A stretch of DNA of 51,268 nucleotides, taken from the IMG/VR virus record IMGVR_UViG_3300011116_001156, positions 1 to 51,268 of that record; one strand, 5' to 3'. This document shows, piece by piece, positions 46,831 to 51,268 of the stretch; positions within the stretch are counted from its first letter, which is position 1, and each line of letters begins with the position of its first letter. Position numbers and translations under genes: made by a program. The stretch is from a virus. Taxonomy: Duplodnaviria > Caudoviricetes. Below the pieces are notes generated by a model. It was given only the letters and a program-made list of their open reading frames with translations. It searched no databases and had not been told where the DNA came from.

Positions 46831-47144
46831 AGCCCTAGCTCCTCGAGAGACTTCTGGCTCTTGTCCTGCTTGATCTGAGGGTCGCGGGCAAGTACGCGGG
46901 TAACTGGCAACTGCTCCCTGATCTCCACCTGCGGGTGCTTGGCAATAAGCCTCCAATCTGGCTGTTTCCAGGTTCTGGTGCTGATCTGCTCGTTTTTAAT
47001 CTTCCGAGCTTGCTCGGAGAGAATCCGGTGGAGTGTCCGGCCAGCGTTGGCTTGTGACAATGGGACAATCTTGCGACCGGGGAGTTCTATCTGCAGCTCT
47101 CCATCTGGGGAGAGAGTTACCAATGCCTGTGGTATGTTATTCAT
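46827..47144 (-). CDS. Hypothetical protein ending SLEELGL
   Basis: ATG 47144; overlaps neighbours. Confidence 0.6.
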   Translation of the reverse strand: MNNIPQALVTLSPDGELQIELPGRKIVPLSQANAGRTLHRILSEQARKIKNEQISTRTWKQPDWRLIAKHPQVEIREQLPVTRVLARDPQIKQDKSQKSLEELGL

Positions 47145-47406
47145 CTTCGCTGTCCTCCTCGCTGACCACTCTGGTGACTGTGCGGACCAGCAACCTGCTG
47201 GCGACGGCACAATGGCGGCAGGCTTTGCCGGAGAGGAGTGCTGCGAGGAACTGGGCTTGCCCCTCCGCAAATGCTGGTGAACCGATGCTCTGGACTCTGC
47301 TGGCCCGGTTGTTACTGAGCTGGCGGTTGCAGACTGGCCGAATGCCAAGGCTTTCAATGCCTGACTCTCCGCCTGTTAAAAGTGGAAGGTGCAATTTGCT
47401 TGCCAT
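47137..47406 (-). CDS. Hypothetical protein
   Basis: Operon packing; CxxC. Confidence 0.45.
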   Translation of the reverse strand: MASKLHLPLLTGGESGIESLGIRPVCNRQLSNNRASRVQSIGSPAFAEGQAQFLAALLSGKACRHCAVASRLLVRTVTRVVSEEDSEDE

Positions 47407-47407
47407 T

Positions 47408-47644
47408 TCAGTTAACCTTTTCTGGGATGATTTCAGCGACGATTCCCCCGTCCGGGGTAATGCAGTATTCCTTCCCCAATTCGCGAAGGGCTTGCAGCAT
47501 TTTCGGAATGGCGATGACCAACTCTGGGCAGTCTACCCCGTCAGGTGCAAGGTTTGCTTTCACTGATTCGGCTGTGGCGATTAATTCGCGCAGGATGGTT
47601 TCGTTGAAAAGGTAGGCAGGGATTGAAAGGTGAACGTGCGACAT
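47408..47644 (-). CDS. Hypothetical protein, first gene after the LexA-box promoter
   Basis: ATG 47644 downstream of TTGCAT-17-TACCCT. Confidence 0.55.
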   Translation of the reverse strand: MSHVHLSIPAYLFNETILRELIATAESVKANLAPDGVDCPELVIAIPKMLQALRELGKEYCITPDGGIVAEIIPEKVN

Positions 47645-47716
47645 GGTACACCATAGGTTGGAGTTGTGGAATGGATAGGGTATCAAAATGGCCGAAATGA
47701 TGCAAGAAATGGTTTG

Positions 47717-47731
47717 GAACAAACGTGGAAC
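47717..47731. promoter_or_regulatory. Alphaproteobacterial LexA (SOS) box
   Basis: GAAC-AAACGTG-GAAC, intergenic, next to a leftward -35 at 47700-47705. Confidence 0.65.
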
Positions 47732-47783
47732 AAAACATTACAAACTTGTCAGACAATTCAGCACAATTTCACCCGCGACTGTG

Positions 47784-48440
47784 TTATTCAAACGAATCTA
47801 GCTGGCTATTCGCGTCAATCTGCTGTGCATCTGCCATTGCCTCTTGCTCTACAACTGTCAACGGCTCGGCCAGCTGGGCTTCCACCTTCATCCTTGCCCG
47901 TTGCTGCTGGTCAAATCTCTCTGCCGCGTCAATGGACTCCTGGGAGATAAATCGCGGGGCGGAGAGATCAGGGGATGGCGAGAATGGCTGGTGGGAATGG
48001 CTGGCTGGCGCTGGTAAATGGACTGCTGTTCCTGCTGTCGCACTAATGTCTGGTGTGATGTTCAGTGCCGCTGTTCCTGCTCCGTGGCCTCCCTTCCAGC
48101 CGTGGTCCCCTCCCTTTCCCCGATCTGGGGTTGGCAGTCCCATCGCAGCGTTTACGCGATTCTCGCGCAGTTTCTGTTTCTTCCGATCATTCCGCCTGCG
48201 TTCCTTCGCGAAGTGCTTCACTTCGAGTCTAATGACTGATGGCGAGTCGTATGGGAACTGGAGCAAGAACTCTGGTCGCGCGTTGAGGGCGAGAGACTGA
48301 ATCGCGGTGGATGGGTCGAGCTGGCCAGTGAGAACTAAGTCTCTGGTGTTCTGGATTGTTTGAAAGAACCTCTCAAATGTGGTCTGGTAATCCTGCGCTG
48401 CGGCAAGCAGAGACAACATTCTGTCCTGAGTAATCGGCAT
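47784..48440 (-). CDS. Hypothetical protein with a basic central helix
   Basis: GAGGA RBS; 218-aa ORF. Confidence 0.6.
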   Translation of the reverse strand: MPITQDRMLSLLAAAQDYQTTFERFFQTIQNTRDLVLTGQLDPSTAIQSLALNARPEFLLQFPYDSPSVIRLEVKHFAKERRRNDRKKQKLRENRVNAAMGLPTPDRGKGGDHGWKGGHGAGTAALNITPDISATAGTAVHLPAPASHSHQPFSPSPDLSAPRFISQESIDAAERFDQQQRARMKVEAQLAEPLTVVEQEAMADAQQIDANSQLDSFE

Positions 48441-48902
48441 GATGGCTAATCCTCGAATGAGAGCAAATGTGCTAGCAAGGACTCGGCGGACTGTGGAGAG
48501 TCTGGTGGGGGAGATTTTGGCTTATGAGACTGCAATGGACTGGACTGGACTGGCTGGTGTTGCCCCCATTCAGTTGGATTGTAATGCTGTTCCAGGGGCA
48601 ATGGCAGACCGACTGCTTCGCCCCAGAAATCTCCGAGCGGTCTGTGATAGCGTCTGTACTGCTCTAGGTCTTTCTTCCCCTTGAGTCTCTTACAAAAGCA
48701 GCAGCAAGGGATCGGGCCGAGGTCTGGAGTGGTGATCCAGTCTGTCGCGGGCTGGAGGCCGTCAAACCAGCACCAACCTCTGGTAAGCCAAAGGAGGTGG
48801 GTGCGGGAGACTGGAGGGGTGGGCATGGTATGGGGCTCCTGAGGAGTTGGTGGCGCGCGGGGGATATGGGTGGGGATTATAATGGATTGAGGCACGGTTG
48901 TA

Positions 48903-49236
48903 TACCGGGGGCGGCATAGAGTTATGCTCCGTGGGACGAGGGGGTGCCCATGCTTTTCTGTACTGTCTTAAAAAAAAAAAATTTGAGTAAGAAAAAGAGA
49001 AGACTGCAACACAGTGCTGGGGAGGGACAAGACTGCACCCCTGGGTGTAAATACATATGCCGCCCCCGGTACGTTACCGTGCCACGAGACTGCAGAATGG
49101 CCTGGAACAAGACTGCAAGAGGGCAAGACTGCAGACTGCAGCCACATCATTCCATTCCCCAGCTGGGGGATTGGTCACTTTGCCTTGCAAAGGTGGGACG
49201 AGGGACCATTCCCTTTGCACTGCAAACTGGACTGCA
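48903..49236. repeat. Origin-like region: 16-bp inverted repeat, A12 tract and AGACTGCA iterons
   Basis: IR at 48903-48918 and 49056-49071; AGACTGCA at 49001, 49030, 49087, 49110, 49126 and 49133; lies at the strand switch. Confidence 0.6.
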
Positions 49237-49345
49237 GTGGCTTGCGTCAGGGAGAAAGGTGATACGTGAATAATGCAATGGTGATATATGGGATTGTTGG
49301 TACAATGGCCGGGTGGCAATGACGCCACATATAAGGAGTCGCAAA

Positions 49346-49528
49346 ATGACGAAAGCAAAACGAGTCGCCTTTTCCCCGGAACTCATGGCGGAACAAGTGG
49401 TCGCATTGTTGGAATGGTACACGCGCCCAATGGGGGAATATGACTTGACCTTGGTACGTGACGTCATGGGTGAATTGCGGCCCGCGATTGCCCAATGGGA
49501 AGACAATGTTTTGGGGATTGAAAAGTAG
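49346..49528 (+). CDS. Early hypothetical protein
   Basis: TAAGGAG RBS before ATG 49346. Confidence 0.6.
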   Translation: MTKAKRVAFSPELMAEQVVALLEWYTRPMGEYDLTLVRDVMGELRPAIAQWEDNVLGIEK

Positions 49529-49661
49529 ACTCCGTTACAATCTGTTACAATTATCTCGTTGAAAATTCCCCCGGCACCAATTATCTTGTCTTTGCGAGTC
49601 GGGAATGGTTCCCGATTGTGCCGGGGGAAATCCCCCATACCATGTAAAAGGAAGTTCTACC

Positions 49662-50282
49662 ATGTCGGAAGCCACCAATCCCCTTTCCATTCAATATGGC
49701 GATATCGTGTTAGACTTCGCGACGTTGCCGCAATCATCGTTGACGGCGATGCTTCGTCGTGGGGTGTCGCATTATTTCGGAAGTGAACAGGCATCGAAAG
49801 TCACCGGCCAATTCAAGGTCGATGCCGAAGGAAATAAAAAGACCGATCTCCAAGACACCGCCGAAAACCGTGCGACCATGTTGTCCGAATATCAGGCGAA
49901 GGCGCACGATGCGCTTTTGGCCGGGACCGTCGGCGTGTCGGTACGCGGACCTACCCTTGATCCAATCGCGACCATTGTGGCACGACTCGCCAAAGCCGAA
50001 ATCAAAACTATCCTTGCGAAAAATGGCGTGAAGTTCCCGGCGAAGGCGGAAGACACGATCGAAATGCCTGATGGTTCCAAGGTCACGGGTGCCCAATTGG
50101 TCGCGCGCCGACTCGACCCGACACTTGCATCCGGCGTTGACGCCAAGGGCGCATATGGCCCGGTTGGTATGACTCACACCGACCGCCTTACCAAGGAAGC
50201 GAAAAAGATTGCCGATGATCAGGCAAAGAAGGCAAAGAAGGCCGAAGATGCCGCGAAGGAAGATGGTCTTTCCGGCCTTTAA
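49662..50282 (+). CDS. Early conserved hypothetical protein
   Basis: AAAGGA RBS; promoter TTGAAA-17-TATCTT upstream and terminator downstream. Confidence 0.7.
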   Translation: MSEATNPLSIQYGDIVLDFATLPQSSLTAMLRRGVSHYFGSEQASKVTGQFKVDAEGNKKTDLQDTAENRATMLSEYQAKAHDALLAGTVGVSVRGPTLDPIATIVARLAKAEIKTILAKNGVKFPAKAEDTIEMPDGSKVTGAQLVARRLDPTLASGVDAKGAYGPVGMTHTDRLTKEAKKIADDQAKKAKKAEDAAKEDGLSGL

Positions 50283-50298
50283 TCTAACGGTTTGACTT

Positions 50299-50339
50299 TG
50301 TGGCGCGGGTTGGTAAAATGACTCGCGCCACATCTTTTT
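50299..50339 (+). terminator. Intrinsic terminator
   Basis: TGTGGCGCGGGT...ACTCGCGCCACA followed by TCTTTTT. Confidence 0.65.
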
Positions 50340-50359
50340 CAAACAAGGGAGACTGCAAG

Positions 50360-50578
50360 ATGCAATATTATGACGTGTTCGACGCGGAAAATTCTAACTT
50401 CATAATGCGCGCACCGTTGAAAATTATCGGTGCGTTTTACAAGTTGCACGTTGAAGCGGAAAAACGAGTCATTCAATCGGGACCGGGTACAACCACACTT
50501 TATGGCAATGGAAAGCATAAGGATATAATCCTTATCCCGGTTATGTATTGGACCGCACCGATACATGAATACGTTTAA
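50360..50578 (+). CDS. Early hypothetical protein
   Basis: GGGAG RBS before ATG 50360. Confidence 0.55.
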   Translation: MQYYDVFDAENSNFIMRAPLKIIGAFYKLHVEAEKRVIQSGPGTTTLYGNGKHKDIILIPVMYWTAPIHEYV

Positions 50579-50600
50579 CCAACCCACGACTCGCGAAGGG

Positions 50601-50631
50601 AAGGCCCGGTTCATTCCGGGCCTTTTCTTTT
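50601..50631 (+). terminator. Intrinsic terminator
   Basis: AAGGCCCGG-TTCATT-CCGGGCCTT followed by TTCTTTT. Confidence 0.75.
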
Positions 50632-50738
50632 GCGAGTCATGCGTCCCGTGCATATGCCCCGTAAAGGCGATTAGACGCCCGTGGGCGCGCGTGAGTCGAT
50701 TGGCTACCCTAATGCCTTCCGACTCGTACTTGCGATTT

Positions 50739-50753
50739 GTTCCCAGTCTGTTC
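50739..50753. promoter_or_regulatory. Alphaproteobacterial LexA (SOS) box
   Basis: GTTC-CCAGTCT-GTTC between TTGCGA and TAAAAA, intergenic. Confidence 0.65.
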
Positions 50754-50865
50754 TAAAAATAGATATGATCGGAATACTCGATAGTTGGTTACAATTATTT
50801 CTTTGACTCACGCGCCCAATGCTTTAAAGTCGGAATTGTCGAAACCAACCCGAATGGAGTCACCC

Positions 50866-51114
50866 ATGCAAACCAAATACACTCTCCGTCGTGCCGATCT
50901 TACCCGCGAGCAATCCACTATGGTTCGGAAGATGTTAGACGAAAAACTTTCTACTATTAAAAACCACATCGTTAGTGCGGTTGATTGTGGCGAAGACACT
51001 TACGCCACAACCGGGCTGTCGGGATATGCTTATGCACGCAAGCTTTGCCGCGAATTGCATGAATATCAGGCGCTTTGCCAAATCTTCCCACCTGACGATA
51101 TGTGGGAAGAATAA
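50866..51114 (+). CDS. Early hypothetical protein
   Basis: GGAG RBS before ATG 50866. Confidence 0.6.
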   Translation: MQTKYTLRRADLTREQSTMVRKMLDEKLSTIKNHIVSAVDCGEDTYATTGLSGYAYARKLCRELHEYQALCQIFPPDDMWEE

Positions 51115-51138
51115 CCAACCCGACTCCCCACCCTTCCC

Positions 51139-51168
51139 AATGCCCCCACGACTCGGGGGCATTTCTTT
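51139..51168 (+). terminator. Intrinsic terminator at the end of the early block
   Basis: AATGCCCCC-7nt-GGGGGCATT followed by TCTTT. Confidence 0.7.
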
Positions 51169-51268
51169 GCGAGTCAATTGCGAATGCCTATCACTCACAT
51201 TCGCATTGCAATTGCAACTTACTCGCACTCGCAACGGTGCCACCACCAGGCGGACAAGCCGGGGGGAC
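51142..51268. repeat. Terminal direct repeat (right copy)
   Basis: Identical to 1-127. Confidence 0.9.

Noticed and set aside
49001-49140. AGACTGCA repeats as a mini-CRISPR array
   Set aside because: The repeats are only 8 bp with irregular spacing

Overview
Most likely a complete, circularly assembled dsDNA phage genome of about 51,141 bp. Bases 1-127 recur at 51142-51268, which looks like an assembler k-mer overlap. The host is probably an alphaproteobacterium, judging from the NrdJ type and two GTTC-N7-GTTC LexA boxes. The + strand from 0.36 to 27.4 kb is a P22-like podovirus late arm: HTH/TerS, M15 endolysin with holin and spanin/lipoprotein genes, fibre-like genes, TerL, portal, scaffold, coat, adaptor, hub and three ejection proteins. 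The - strand from 27.7 to 48.9 kb is a replication and early arm: class II RNR, a helicase-like NTPase, a PolA split into a UDG-exonuclease gene and a polymerase gene, ParB-MTase, SSB/Sak4/Cas4-like genes, UvrD, HIRAN and many small ORFs. A compositionally distinct + strand early block lies at 49.3-51.1 kb next to an origin-like region. I recognised no integrase, CI-like repressor, primase, tRNA or CRISPR. The most unusual observations are (1) a capsid N-terminus look-alike overprinted in an alternative frame of the UDG-exonuclease gene, (2) tail-fibre-like proteins with Sec signal peptides and paired cysteines whose virion-anchoring domain is a separate gene, and (3) host-type SOS boxes at two divergent early promoters. 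All family assignments are from motif recognition by eye; no database searches were run.
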